A DNA stretch of 63,262 nt, taken from the NCBI GenBank assembly GCA_034723545.1, contig JAYEPA010000262.1:1-63262 (forward strand). Reading direction: 5' to 3'. Positions 36,544 through 46,325 of the stretch are shown one piece after another. Source of the stretch: Thermodesulfobacteriota bacterium. GTDB taxonomy: Bacteria > Desulfobacterota > Desulfobulbia > Desulfobulbales > SURF-16. Each line of letters opens with the position of its first letter. The stretch's first letter is position 1. Position numbers and translations under genes: made by a program. The notes under the pieces are model-generated. The model had not been told where the DNA came from, searched no databases, and saw only the letters and a list, made by a program, of their open reading frames with translations.

Positions 36544-37239
36544 ATGGAATATTTCCCGATCAATCTTGATATCCGTGGCCGGAACTGTATCGTTATCGGC
36601 GGCGGCAGAGTGGCCGAAAGAAAGGTTTGCGGCCTGCTTGAGTGCGGAGCCCGTGTAAAGGTCATCAGCCCGGAATTGACGCCCGTTCTTCGGGAATTGA
36701 GTGATAACGGCGGGATTGACTGGGTTCCTCGCCTGTACAGCAGCGGCGATCTGGCCGGAGCTTTTCTGGTTATTGCCGCAACTGATGATTCCCGGGCCCA
36801 GGAAGAGATCCATGCCGAGGCCGATAAGCATAACACCCTGCTTAACGTGGCCGATGTGCCGAAGTGGTGCAACTTCATCTTGCCCGCCTCGGTGCGGCGG
36901 GGAGCGTTGACCGTATCCATCTCGACTTCCGGTAAGAGTCCGGCCCTGGCCAGGCGGCTGCGGAAAGATCTGGAAAAGCAGTTTGGCCCCGAATACGTGA
37001 TCCTGCTTGATTTGCTCGGCAGTCTGCGGCCACTTGTTCTGGACTTTGGTAAGCCCCACTCGGAAAATAAGATTATTTTTGAAAAACTGCTGCATCAGGA
37101 TTTGCTTGTCTGGATGCAGGCCGGCAGGTGGGACAGGATTAAAGAGCATATCCGCCTGGTCCTTGGCGATGATGTCAATCTTGCCGCTCTTGCGGAAATG
37201 GAACAGAAAAGTATGCTTTCAGAGAGAGAAAGATCATGA
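36544..37239 (+). CDS. precorrin-2 dehydrogenase/sirohydrochlorin ferrochelatase (siroheme synthase N-terminal type)
   Basis: FPINLDIRGRNCIVIGGGRVAERK Rossmann N-terminus and TSGKSPALAR motif. Confidence 0.85.
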   Translation: MEYFPINLDIRGRNCIVIGGGRVAERKVCGLLECGARVKVISPELTPVLRELSDNGGIDWVPRLYSSGDLAGAFLVIAATDDSRAQEEIHAEADKHNTLLNVADVPKWCNFILPASVRRGALTVSISTSGKSPALARRLRKDLEKQFGPEYVILLDLLGSLRPLVLDFGKPHSENKIIFEKLLHQDLLVWMQAGRWDRIKEHIRLVLGDDVNLAALAEMEQKSMLSERERS

Positions 37240-38051
37240 CCCTGCTTTTTGCTTTGGCTTTTGCGGGCTATGTTATGGCAACCGCCTCTTATATTGTTTT
37301 TTTTGTCACTCAGAAAAAGACAATCCGGACAACGGCCCGCAATATTTTGCTTGCCACAGGCCTGGTTCATACAATTATCATTATTGGCCGTTATATTGCC
37401 GCCGGCCACACTCCTTTGACCACGCATCATGATACGGTTTCATTTTTTGCCTGGTCCGTGACCTGGGCCTTTCTTTCTTTCCGCTGGCGTTACAGGGTTA
37501 AAAATTTCGGCACCTTTGTCTCAATTGTCGTCATGGGTCTGATGATTATAGCGGCCCTGTCTTCCCGGGAGATCTCCCCTCTGCCGCCGGCCCTGCAAAG
37601 CGCCTGGTTGCCGGTCCATGCCAGTATCGCCATTCTGGCCAACGGTTTTCTGGCCCTGGCCTTTTGTGGTGGCATTATGTATCTCCTCCAGGAACGGGAG
37701 CTCAAACAAAAGAGGTTTGGTCTGTTTTTTTCCAGGCTTCCTTCTCTGGAAGCCCTGGACAGTCTGAATCAGCATTGTATCGCCATCGGTTTTCCCCTGA
37801 TGACGGCTGGGATTATTACCGGATCCTTCTGGGCCAAACAGGCCTGGGGCTCATACTGGCATTGGGATCCCAAGGAAACCTGGTCGCTCATTACCTGGTT
37901 TTTGTACGCCGCCCTGATACATCTGCGTTTTACCGTGGGCTGGCGGGGCAGGCGGGTAGCCATTATGGCTATCATCGGTTTTTGTTCCGTACTCTTCACC
38001 CTGTGGGGAGTCACATATCTGCTTTCCGGAGCACATTCCTATGTCCGTTGA
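37236..38051 (+). CDS. cytochrome c assembly protein family (CcsA/HemX-like)
   Basis: Polytopic protein with Trp-rich WGSYWHWDPKETWSLITW motif. Overlaps both neighbours. Confidence 0.8.
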   Translation: MTLLFALAFAGYVMATASYIVFFVTQKKTIRTTARNILLATGLVHTIIIIGRYIAAGHTPLTTHHDTVSFFAWSVTWAFLSFRWRYRVKNFGTFVSIVVMGLMIIAALSSREISPLPPALQSAWLPVHASIAILANGFLALAFCGGIMYLLQERELKQKRFGLFFSRLPSLEALDSLNQHCIAIGFPLMTAGIITGSFWAKQAWGSYWHWDPKETWSLITWFLYAALIHLRFTVGWRGRRVAIMAIIGFCSVLFTLWGVTYLLSGAHSYVR

Positions 38052-39327
38052 TACAATCCAGATTCTTGGAGTGAATCATAAAACAGCGCCGGTTGCGGTC
38101 CGCGAAAGACTGTCTTTCTCAGACGATCCGGAAGCGCCCTTTGCCACTCTCAAGGCCATTGATGTCTGTGATGAATTTTGTTTTCTGTCAACCTGCAACC
38201 GGGTTGAGGTGATTTATACGAGCGGACAACAAGAAGAAGCGGCCCGTGCCGTACGCCGGTTTTTGTTCAGTAACTGCGATGTTTCCGCAGAAGAGGCGGA
38301 AGAATATACCTATCTGCACCAGGGTAACGAGGCGGTCCATCATCTCTTTCGTGTGGCGTCCAGCCTGGATTCAATGGTGGTCGGTGAGCCGCAGATTCTC
38401 GGACAGCTCAAGGATGCCTACCGTAAATCCGGTGACCGGGGAGGACCGGGCGTTATTTTGAACCGGATGCTGCACAAGGCCTTTTCCGTCGCTAAGCGTA
38501 TTCGTACGGAAACAGATATTGGCGGTCACGCCGTGTCAATCAGTTATGCCGCTGTGGAACTGGCCAAAAAGATTTTCGGCAAACTCGACAATAAGAAGGT
38601 TCTGCTGGTGGGGGCTGGAGAGATGGCGGAACTTGCCGCTGAACATCTGGTCAATCAGGGGGTTGCCGAGGTGATTGTCGCCAACCGCACCCTGGAACGG
38701 GCCGTCACCCTGGCTCGATGTTTTAAGGGATTGGCAGTTTCTCTTTCCGAATTGATCCCCCAGCTTGAGGTTGTCGATATTCTGATTAGCTCCACCGGTG
38801 CACCGGGTTATATTCTTCATAAAGATGATGTCAGGCAGGTGATGCGCAAGCGGAGAAATCGTCCACTGTTTCTCATTGATATTGCCGTGCCCCGGGATCT
38901 TGATCCGAAATTAAACGATCTGGAAAATGTCTATCTTTATGATGTGGATGACTTGAACAATGTCGTGGAGATGAACAAATCGGAACGTGAGCAGGAAGCG
39001 GACGTTGCTGAAAGAATAGTGAGCGAGGATTGCCTGAAATTTCTGCAATGGCTGGATAACATGGAACTCTCGCCAACCATCACGGCCTTGATGAAAAAAG
39101 CCGATGGAATTCGCAAGGCGGAATTGCAAAAAACCTTCAGCCATCTCGATTTGAGCAAAAAAGAGAAAAAATCCATTGATAAACTGACCGGTTCAATCAT
39201 CAACAAGTTGCTGCATGATCCGATTCTGTTTTTGAAGGAAAATCATACTGCTAAACAAAAACAGCAGAAACTGGATCTGACTCGACAGATGTTTTCCCTG
39301 GATAAGGATCCCTCCAACTCCCATTGA
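38041..39327 (+). CDS. hemA: glutamyl-tRNA reductase
   Basis: LSTCNRVE catalytic Cys motif and GAGEMAEL NADPH fold. Confidence 0.95.
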   Translation: MSVDTIQILGVNHKTAPVAVRERLSFSDDPEAPFATLKAIDVCDEFCFLSTCNRVEVIYTSGQQEEAARAVRRFLFSNCDVSAEEAEEYTYLHQGNEAVHHLFRVASSLDSMVVGEPQILGQLKDAYRKSGDRGGPGVILNRMLHKAFSVAKRIRTETDIGGHAVSISYAAVELAKKIFGKLDNKKVLLVGAGEMAELAAEHLVNQGVAEVIVANRTLERAVTLARCFKGLAVSLSELIPQLEVVDILISSTGAPGYILHKDDVRQVMRKRRNRPLFLIDIAVPRDLDPKLNDLENVYLYDVDDLNNVVEMNKSEREQEADVAERIVSEDCLKFLQWLDNMELSPTITALMKKADGIRKAELQKTFSHLDLSKKEKKSIDKLTGSIINKLLHDPILFLKENHTAKQKQQKLDLTRQMFSLDKDPSNSH

Positions 39328-39358
39328 TTACGTGTACGCCTGTTTCCAGCTTTGCTTC

Positions 39359-39388
39359 TTGACATGCACTTTCTGATATGGTTAATAT
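39359..39388 (+). promoter_or_regulatory. near-consensus sigma70-type promoter candidate
   Basis: TTGACA (39359-39364), then a 17-18 nt spacer, then TTAATAT. Points toward rpmH, about 430 nt downstream. Confidence 0.35.
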
Positions 39389-39399
39389 GTCAAATTCTT

Positions 39400-39481
39400 G
39401 TAACTTCCCACGGAAGACAGATTAAAGGCTCCGGTATGTGAGCCTGCGGGACGTTTTTAAGCGTCATGCCTGAGTCGTTAC
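39400..39481. repeat. 82-bp degenerate GTAAC-ended inverted-repeat element
   Basis: Termini gtaacttcccacgg ... cctgagtcgttac resemble family A termini. No clear TSD. Confidence 0.35.
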
Positions 39482-39606
39482 AGATTTTAAATTGACTATG
39501 TCACCTATTTAACGGGACACAAAGAGATGTCGGTATTCATGGTTTGATACCATGCGACACACCATTCCCTGTCTTTGCGTCCCCAACCGCCGGATTGGCA
39601 ATTGGC

Positions 39607-39759
39607 AAATATTCGGCTTGATAATCAATTATTACAAAAAACTACCGAAATGTAAATTTTGGATAGTGAACCATATTTGGACGATCAGGTCTGCGAGCTA
39701 TATTGATTCATATGCGAGTAGGCCTGATCGTTCAAAGATGGGGTACTAGCCGAATATTT
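39607..39759. repeat. 153-bp inverted-repeat element
   Basis: aaatattcggct at 39607-39618 and agccgaatattt at 39748-39759 (perfect 12 bp). Internal stem gacgatcaggtct / aggcctgatcgtt. Confidence 0.5.
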
Positions 39760-39821
39760 ACTGCAATTGAATTCATTGATGCCGGAATTAAACCGGTTTT
39801 GAAATTACAAGGAAGAGTATT

Positions 39822-39959
39822 ATGAGTAAAAGAACTTTTCAGCCCAGCAACATTAAACGCAGCCGGACACACGGTTTCCGGACAAGAATGAAAACAAAAG
39901 CAGGCCGGGCAATTATTAATCGTCGCCGAGCCAGGGGAAGGAAACGTCTGTCCTGCTGA
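39822..39959 (+). CDS. rpmH: 50S ribosomal protein L34
   Basis: Not in the ORF track (45 aa). Hand translation gives [45 protein letters not shown], the canonical L34 sequence. GGAAGAG RBS. Confidence 0.95.
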   Translation: MSKRTFQPSNIKRSRTHGFRTRMKTKAGRAIINRRRARGRKRLSC

Positions 39960-39960
39960 T

Positions 39961-40371
39961 TTGGAGACAGGATTTTTGCTCAATCGGAACAAGGGACTTC
40001 CGGATAGAACGGATTTTTCCCTGGCTAAAAAATATTTTCTCAGGAAGACGAGCGAGTACCAGGTTGTTTATCAGCGTGGCAGGAGGTTGCGGGGCAAGTA
40101 TTTCAGCTTGATTTATCTGCCGAATAACAGAGATGTGAACAGGCTGGGTATCAGTATCCACGGGGTGAAGAAAGCTGTTCAGCGAAACAGGATAAAAAGA
40201 GTTATCAGAGAATTTTTTCGCTTAAATCGTCATTTTATATCGCCCCAGGCCGACATTGTTTTTGCTGTCCGCAAGGAATTTTCGATTAACAGCCCGGACG
40301 AGATGGAGAGAACAGTCAAAAATCTTCTCGACAGGCAACGTAAACGTGAATCGGATCGAACTGCATGTTGA
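39961..40371 (+). CDS. rnpA: ribonuclease P protein component (start codon uncertain)
   Basis: Immediately follows rpmH. Has the [18 protein letters not shown] motif. Confidence 0.85.
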   Translation: METGFLLNRNKGLPDRTDFSLAKKYFLRKTSEYQVVYQRGRRLRGKYFSLIYLPNNRDVNRLGISIHGVKKAVQRNRIKRVIREFFRLNRHFISPQADIVFAVRKEFSINSPDEMERTVKNLLDRQRKRESDRTAC

Positions 40372-40465
40372 TTCAAATCGGTTCATCATACGTGTCTCTC
40401 CCCGGATCTTTGATTATTCTCTTTTTGTAATTCTTGGGAGAGGAACAAATGAAGGGACGGCTGAA

Positions 40466-40675
40466 ATGAAACGTTTTCTTCTTTTTCTTATCCGTATGTA
40501 CCGACTGTTGATCTCGCCTCTTTTTCCGCCAAGCTGCAGGTTTACGCCCAGCTGTTCTCAATATGCCATGGATGCCATCCGTCTTCACGGTGTCATTCGC
40601 GGTCTTTATCTAGCCATACGCCGAATACTCCGTTGCCATCCTTTTCATCCCGGCGGTTTTGATCCTGTTGAGTAG
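40466..40675 (+). CDS. yidD: membrane protein insertion efficiency factor YidD
   Basis: [23 protein letters not shown] and [16 protein letters not shown] motifs. Uses the internal ATG of track ORF 40256-40675. Confidence 0.9.
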   Translation: MKRFLLFLIRMYRLLISPLFPPSCRFTPSCSQYAMDAIRLHGVIRGLYLAIRRILRCHPFHPGGFDPVE

Positions 40676-40760
40676 TCCTCTTTTTTTCATTTCCCTGATC
40701 AGTTACAGAAAATTTATCCAAAAACGGCTGTTTCGGCAGCTTTGACCGAAAGGTATTGTC

Positions 40761-42404
40761 ATGGATTCACAAAGAGTCATTATTGCTGTTGTTCTCTCTC
40801 TGGGTATTTTAGTGGTGTATCAATATTTCTTTATTGCACCCCAGCAGGCGGTTCCTGTGGCGACTGAAGTCGCACTGGAAACAGGCGTCCAGCAGCAGAC
40901 ACCCCCGGTGTTTACTACCCAGCCCGAGACGCCACTCAGGCCGGCTGTTGTTATTCAGCCCGGCCGTGAGGGCAGGGATATCCCTGTTGAAACAAATCTT
41001 TTTTCCGCCGTGATCTCCGAAACCGGCGGAGGGGTCAAGAGCTTCAAACTGAAAAAATATAGGGAAAAGCTGGATGCTGCTTCGGACATAAAGCAGCTCA
41101 TTTTAACCCAGTCCCCCAATGAACTGCCGCTTTACTTCACCTGGGGGCTTGAAGATCCGGCCCGGACCGCCGTGCCTGTTTATAAGGCCGTGAAAAATGA
41201 AGTTAGAATCGACTCAGGGAAGGATGTGCTCCAGATGTCAACGGTACTGCCTTCCGGGGTTGAGATCGTCAGGACGTTCACTTTTCATGGAAATGACTAT
41301 CTGATTCAGATGGAGGTCGATGTTGTCAACCGCACCGAGCATCAGGTTCAGGGCGCGCCCTCTCTTTCTTTGACCAATAAGAGGTTTTCCAACAGAAAGG
41401 AAGATCACTTTCTTTTTAACGGTCCTGCCCTGTTTGCAAATAATGAACTTGAAGAAATCAAGGTCGCTGATCTTGAAAAGAAGGGTCCCCAGTCGAGGAC
41501 AGGTGAGTTGAGCTGGATTGCCTATGAGGGGACCTACTTCATGTGCGGCCTCCTTCCCGGGGAAGGAACACAAAGTTCCGTCAGTTTTTCCTCCCTTGGC
41601 GAGGATAAAATTTCCACCATGCTGACCAGTAATACAACGGTTCTGCAGCCCGGGGAACAAAAGCATTACTCCTATGGCGTTTATTTTGGCCCCAAAAAAC
41701 TTGCAGAACTGCAAAAGGCCGGAAGTAATCTTGAAAAAATTGTCAACTTCGGCTGGTTTGATGTCATGGCCAAGCCGGTTCTCCGTTTGTTGATTTTCCT
41801 TAACGGTTATGTTCATAATTATGGTCTGGCTATTATCCTGGTGACGATTCTCATCAAGGCCGCTTTCTGGCCCATCGCCCAAAAGGGCATGAAATCGATG
41901 AAGACCATGCAGAAGCTGCAGCCCAAAATGGCCAAATTACGGGAAAAATATGCCAATGACAAGGAACAGCTCAACCGGGAGATGGTTCAGCTCTACAAGA
42001 CGTACAAGGTGAATCCGGTTGGCGGTTGTCTGCCCATGTTGCTGCAGATTCCGGTGTTTTTTGCTCTCTACAAGGTGCTGCTCCAGACTATTGAACTTCG
42101 CCATGCTCCCTTCATGCTGTGGATTACCGATCTTTCCGCTCCTGATCGGCTGCCCATCGGTATTGATATTCCATATCTTGGCGGGATTCCCGTTCTTACT
42201 TTGCTGATGGGTGGTTCTATGTTTCTCCAGCAAAAGATGACTCCCACCACCGGTGATCCGACTCAGGCCAAGATCATGATGTTTCTGCCTATTGTTTTTA
42301 CCTTTATGTTTATTAATTTCGCTTCCGGACTCGTCCTGTACTGGTTTATGAATAATCTTCTGTCCATTGCCCAGCAGTATGCTATTAATCGTCAGGTTGA
42401 TTAG
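40761..42404 (+). CDS. yidC: membrane protein insertase YidC
   Basis: 547 aa with a periplasmic P1 domain and conserved C-terminal core (GGCLPMLLQIPVFFALY). Confidence 0.95.
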   Translation: MDSQRVIIAVVLSLGILVVYQYFFIAPQQAVPVATEVALETGVQQQTPPVFTTQPETPLRPAVVIQPGREGRDIPVETNLFSAVISETGGGVKSFKLKKYREKLDAASDIKQLILTQSPNELPLYFTWGLEDPARTAVPVYKAVKNEVRIDSGKDVLQMSTVLPSGVEIVRTFTFHGNDYLIQMEVDVVNRTEHQVQGAPSLSLTNKRFSNRKEDHFLFNGPALFANNELEEIKVADLEKKGPQSRTGELSWIAYEGTYFMCGLLPGEGTQSSVSFSSLGEDKISTMLTSNTTVLQPGEQKHYSYGVYFGPKKLAELQKAGSNLEKIVNFGWFDVMAKPVLRLLIFLNGYVHNYGLAIILVTILIKAAFWPIAQKGMKSMKTMQKLQPKMAKLREKYANDKEQLNREMVQLYKTYKVNPVGGCLPMLLQIPVFFALYKVLLQTIELRHAPFMLWITDLSAPDRLPIGIDIPYLGGIPVLTLLMGGSMFLQQKMTPTTGDPTQAKIMMFLPIVFTFMFINFASGLVLYWFMNNLLSIAQQYAINRQVD

Positions 42405-42419
42405 TCAATTAAAGTGCAG

Positions 42420-42490
42420 GTAACTTTCAGGAGTACTCCTAGGCAGTTCGCCACGGAGTTAAGAGAGTTTATAGCCCACCTGAATAGTCA
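42420..42490. repeat. ~71-bp degenerate family-A-like remnant between yidC and jag
   Basis: gtaactttcagg at the left end and cctgaatagt at the right end. Internal 12-bp palindrome aggagtactcct. Confidence 0.4.
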
Positions 42491-42513
42491 TAAGTACGGG
42501 AGAGAAAGAAACG

Positions 42514-43437
42514 ATGTCGGAAAGAACAGAATATAAGGGTACGAATATTGAGGACGCCATCACCAAAGCCTGTTCGGAGATAGGTGTTTCCAGGGAAGAA
42601 CTTAATATTGAGGTGGTCTCGGCGGGTTCGGCAGGAATTTTCGGTTTTTGTAAAAAAAAGGCTGTGATTTTTGCTTCCAGACGTTCTGGGGAATTTGGAG
42701 AGGAATCCGTTGCCGCCGTCCCTGCCTCGCCGAAACAGGTTGAGGAAGAGGCGTCTGTCGAAACTGAAGTGGCTCCGGTTGCGGAGGTTGCTGTCCGGGA
42801 AGAAAGTGAAGAAGAATCGGGTCACATTGAAGAGCAGGACCGGGACAGTGTCCTGGTTGCCGAGTCTCCAGCTGTCGAAGATGTTGGCGGGAAAGAGGCG
42901 TCCCCGAAAAAGCCTGTTGAAGAGGAGCCAATCCCTTCCCCGCAGATTGTTGATGAGGTGCGTGTTACTCTGAACCGGTTTTTTGAACTGATGGATTTTT
43001 CCGCAGAATTTGAAATGACTCCGGAACCGGGCCGCATCAACGTGGAAATATCCGGGGAGGATATGGAAAATATTATTGGCCATGAAGGGCAAACCCTGAA
43101 TGGACTGCAATATCTTCTTCGCAAGATGATCGGCAAGAAATTTACGGAAAAGTTCATTCTTTCCCTCGATGCTGGAGATTTCCGTAAAATAAGAAAAGAA
43201 GAACTGGAGTCCAGAGCCCTCAAATTGGCTATAGAGGTGAGAAAGAACGGGAAGAATAGGACAATTCCACCTCTGAATCCGGCCGAAAGGCGTATTGTTC
43301 ACATGATTCTCCAGAAGGACAAGACGATCCGCAGCCGCAGTATTGGCGACGGGCTGTACAAAAAAGTCCTGATTTATCTTCCCGGTAAGGGAAGAAAAAG
43401 GCCGCCGAAGAAAAAAGGCTCGAGACGGAAGAAATAG
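42514..43437 (+). CDS. Jag/KhpB RNA-binding protein (Jag_N + KH + R3H)
   Basis: Position after yidC, acidic linker, KH-like GHEGQTLNGLQYLLR and R3H-like ERRIVHMIL motifs. Confidence 0.85.
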   Translation: MSERTEYKGTNIEDAITKACSEIGVSREELNIEVVSAGSAGIFGFCKKKAVIFASRRSGEFGEESVAAVPASPKQVEEEASVETEVAPVAEVAVREESEEESGHIEEQDRDSVLVAESPAVEDVGGKEASPKKPVEEEPIPSPQIVDEVRVTLNRFFELMDFSAEFEMTPEPGRINVEISGEDMENIIGHEGQTLNGLQYLLRKMIGKKFTEKFILSLDAGDFRKIRKEELESRALKLAIEVRKNGKNRTIPPLNPAERRIVHMILQKDKTIRSRSIGDGLYKKVLIYLPGKGRKRPPKKKGSRRKK

Positions 43438-43441
43438 ACAG

Positions 43442-44437
43442 TTAATCCGTCCGGTTCCCCCGGTACCAGTTGACGGTTTTCTGAATACCTGTTTCGGCCG
43501 AACAGGGGGGAGTCCATTCGAGGATTTTTTGGCAGCGGGAGGTGTTCACGGTTAGGGAGTCGGTCAGGCGGTTGAGCGCTTCGGATGTCAGTGGAAATGT
43601 CCCGTTGATTTTTCGGATGACGTCGCCGAAATGACCAAGCAGTTTTAACAAAGGAAGAGGAATTTGGATAAGATGCGCTTTCCGCTCCAGCCCCTTGGCG
43701 ATGAGTTCAACGAGTTCAGCGCTGGAAAGATCATCATTGTCGCTGATCATTAATGCTGAATTGATTGGCGTGGGATGGATAATGGCTTTGCAGAACGCAT
43801 CGGTGAGGTTGCCCACATAGAGCAGACTGCGTTTGTTGTTGATTCCCCTGAAAGGCAGCGGGATGCCCCTGTCAACCAGTTGGATGAGTCGGAGAAAATT
43901 GGCCCGCACCTCCGGGCCGTAAATCAGGGGTAGCCGGAAGGAAACCCCGTCCATTCCCGTCCGCCTTGAAATTTCAGCTAATATTTGTTCGGCAGCCAGT
44001 TTGCTTTTTCCGTATGCATCCCTTGGATAGGGAATGGAGTGCTCGTTCAGCGATTTGCCGGCTGGACTGGCCTCGGCAACTGCCTTGACCGAACTGGCAA
44101 AGATGAAGCGTGATACACCGGCGCGGGCCGCCGCGCGGGCCAGCTGTTGGGTGGCTTCGGTGTTGATTCTCTGGTAATCATCCACCTCGACCGAATTTTT
44201 CATGTCGTGTACTCTGGCGGCAAGATGGATGACGCAGCTCACTCCTGAAAGTATTTCTCTCCACTCTGTTTTTGAATCGATTTTTACGACCACCTGTTCA
44301 ACGCCTGGGATCAGGCCGTCTGTGCGCCGGACTGCACCCCGGACAGACCAGCCCTGGTCAAGCAGGGCTTTGCAGAGATGCCTGCCGACAAAACCGTTGG
44401 CACCGGTAACCAGAATGAGCGGTTTTGTTTCAGCCAT
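43442..44437 (-). CDS. NAD-dependent epimerase/dehydratase family protein
   Basis: LVTGANGFVGRHL Rossmann motif and YGKSK catalytic motif. Confidence 0.85.
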   Translation of the reverse strand: MAETKPLILVTGANGFVGRHLCKALLDQGWSVRGAVRRTDGLIPGVEQVVVKIDSKTEWREILSGVSCVIHLAARVHDMKNSVEVDDYQRINTEATQQLARAAARAGVSRFIFASSVKAVAEASPAGKSLNEHSIPYPRDAYGKSKLAAEQILAEISRRTGMDGVSFRLPLIYGPEVRANFLRLIQLVDRGIPLPFRGINNKRSLLYVGNLTDAFCKAIIHPTPINSALMISDNDDLSSAELVELIAKGLERKAHLIQIPLPLLKLLGHFGDVIRKINGTFPLTSEALNRLTDSLTVNTSRCQKILEWTPPCSAETGIQKTVNWYRGNRTD

Positions 44438-45209
44438 TGTTGTGACAACAGGGGGCGTTGGATATAGGGACGAGGTGGTCCCATGAGTGGATTTCCCGTT
44501 GCAGCAGAGAGGTGGAGTAGCGTTTAAGGAGTTCCATGGCTTCTGTCCGGGAGCGGGGTGAAAACCGCAGTCGACCTATTTTGTCCAGGGGGAGATCCAG
44601 AGCGAGTTGCAGAAGTTTGACCGTGCTGATGGCCAGAGGAAGTGTTTTCGTCTTTTCCCTGTTGCAGCGGCGGCAGACAAAACCGTTACGGCTTGCCAGA
44701 AAAAAGAAGGGGGCAGCGCCCGGATCAATCCTGCCGCAACGCACACAGCCTTTCAACATGGGTTGGTATCCTGCAAGGGCGAGCATCCTGGTCTGGAATA
44801 AAATAATGGTTTGATCAACCTCTTTTCCTTTGTTGAGCTGCGCCAGACTCCAGACCAGCAGCTTAAAGACCTCTGGGTCTCCGTCATTTTCTCTGGAACT
44901 GTGCAGCATGAGCTCGCCGATCAGGGTGGCGGCGGTATAGCGCCTGTAATTGGACCGGATAACGGGGTAGGCGTTGACGAGTTCTGCCTGGTCAATGCGA
45001 ACCAGGGACGAATGGGAGTTTCCGGCGAAGCGGATTTGCAGCTGTGAAAAGAGTTCCAGTTTGTTGACAAAGCGTTTTTTGCTGCGTTTGGCGCCTTTGG
45101 CAATGCCGGTCAGTCTGCCGAGTTCCGGGCAGTAGAAGGTGACGATTTTGTCAGACTCGCCATGATCCAGAACGCGAATCACTACGGCTTGGCTATTCTG
45201 CTCTTTCAT
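44430..45209 (-). CDS. recO: DNA repair protein RecO
   Basis: OB-fold N-terminus (VIRVLDHGESDKIVTFY) and zinc motif CVRCGR...CRRC. Confidence 0.9.
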   Translation of the reverse strand: MKEQNSQAVVIRVLDHGESDKIVTFYCPELGRLTGIAKGAKRSKKRFVNKLELFSQLQIRFAGNSHSSLVRIDQAELVNAYPVIRSNYRRYTAATLIGELMLHSSRENDGDPEVFKLLVWSLAQLNKGKEVDQTIILFQTRMLALAGYQPMLKGCVRCGRIDPGAAPFFFLASRNGFVCRRCNREKTKTLPLAISTVKLLQLALDLPLDKIGRLRFSPRSRTEAMELLKRYSTSLLQREIHSWDHLVPISNAPCCHNNG

Positions 45210-45265
45210 TTTGAAATCGTCATTTTCCCTCGGATCCCCCGGTCACCTTTTCAGTTGTCCCCAAT

Positions 45266-46237
45266 TTATAGAAGTTCTTCAATAAAAGCCTCATCCCTGA
45301 GCTGTTTGACCCACTTGTCAAAATTTTCCCGTAGTTCCTCTTCATAAAGAAGGGTGCGGATTTCTTCCTTGACGGTTTCGAAAGGAGCCTGCTGGATAAT
45401 ATTTCCCTCTTTGGAGGACAGAATTTTAAAGAACTGGAAAGCGGCAGGGGTTTCAATGATTGCAGAGATCTGGCCTGGATATAATCCTTGAATGGCATTG
45501 CGCATATAGGAGGCTAGCTCCTCTTCCTTGAAAACGCCGATGTCGCCACCGTCAGTAGCCGAGGGGAGATCCGAGTAGGCCTTGGCGATTTCTTTGAAAT
45601 TTTCTCCTTCGGAAATCATGGCATGGAGTTGTTCAGCTCTTTTCCTGGCGTCAAGGCTGGTTTCGGAACGGCCGTCAGACCCCCAGGTGCAGCCGATTTG
45701 CAGAAGATGGTAGCCGTCACTGCTTTCCTGCTGGCCGAAAGATTCATCGTAATAGCGGCGGACCTTTTCGTCGGTGATCACTATCTTGGAACGTATTTCA
45801 TAATTGATCAGTTTGGACTGCAGCATCTGATTTTTCATCTTGTCTCGATACTGTTCTTCAGTCATTCCCATGGCCTGCAACTGTTTCAGAAATTGTTCCT
45901 TGCTGATCTGGTTTTGTTCAAGGATACGGCTAATGGTCGCATCCAGATCTTCATTACTCACCGATAACCCGGAAACCTTTGCCTTCTGGGCGATGAGCAT
46001 CCTGTCAATCAGAGCGGAGAGGATATTTTTTTTGGCCTGGCGGATGGAGCTGCGGATCTGGTCGGAAGGTGCATTTTCCCTGATCTTTTCAAAGGTTCCC
46101 TCCCCTTCTTCATTAAGCTCCGTCAGGGTGATGACATCGTCGTTTACCTTGGCGACAATCCGGTCCACCAGCTCGGCCCGGCAGTCAAAAGGCAAGAAAA
46201 TAGTCAAAAAAAGAATGAAAAATAGATATTTCAGCAT
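45266..46237 (-). CDS. periplasmic chaperone/peptidyl-prolyl isomerase, SurA-like
   Basis: Signal peptide MLKYLFFILFLTIFLPFDCRA, SurA_N-like VDRIVAKVNDDVIT and a parvulin segment. The track ORF extends to 46351, into mfd. Confidence 0.8.
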   Translation of the reverse strand: MLKYLFFILFLTIFLPFDCRAELVDRIVAKVNDDVITLTELNEEGEGTFEKIRENAPSDQIRSSIRQAKKNILSALIDRMLIAQKAKVSGLSVSNEDLDATISRILEQNQISKEQFLKQLQAMGMTEEQYRDKMKNQMLQSKLINYEIRSKIVITDEKVRRYYDESFGQQESSDGYHLLQIGCTWGSDGRSETSLDARKRAEQLHAMISEGENFKEIAKAYSDLPSATDGGDIGVFKEEELASYMRNAIQGLYPGQISAIIETPAAFQFFKILSSKEGNIIQQAPFETVKEEIRTLLYEEELRENFDKWVKQLRDEAFIEELL

Positions 46238-46261
46238 GTAATTGTAATTCCTTCGGAGTTG

Positions 46262-46320
46262 CGTGTTACCTGCTTGCCCTTCCCTCTGCCCCTTTGTCCC
46301 TTGAGGCCTTTGCCCCTCGA
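46262..46320. repeat. degenerate CCCTT/AAGGG-rich spacer between mfd and the surA-like gene
   Basis: gcccttcc ctctgcccctttgt cccttgagg cctttg cccctcg on the + strand. Purine-rich on the sense strand. Confidence 0.35.
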
Positions 46321-46325
46321 ACACT

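Noticed and set aside
39328-39821. Chromosomal origin (oriC) next to rpmH-rnpA-yidC
   Set aside because: There is no dnaA gene adjacent and no cluster of TTATCCACA-like boxes. Only isolated weak matches occur elsewhere (e.g. tttatccaaaaa at about 32195 and about 40705). The spacer is better explained by inserted IR elements.
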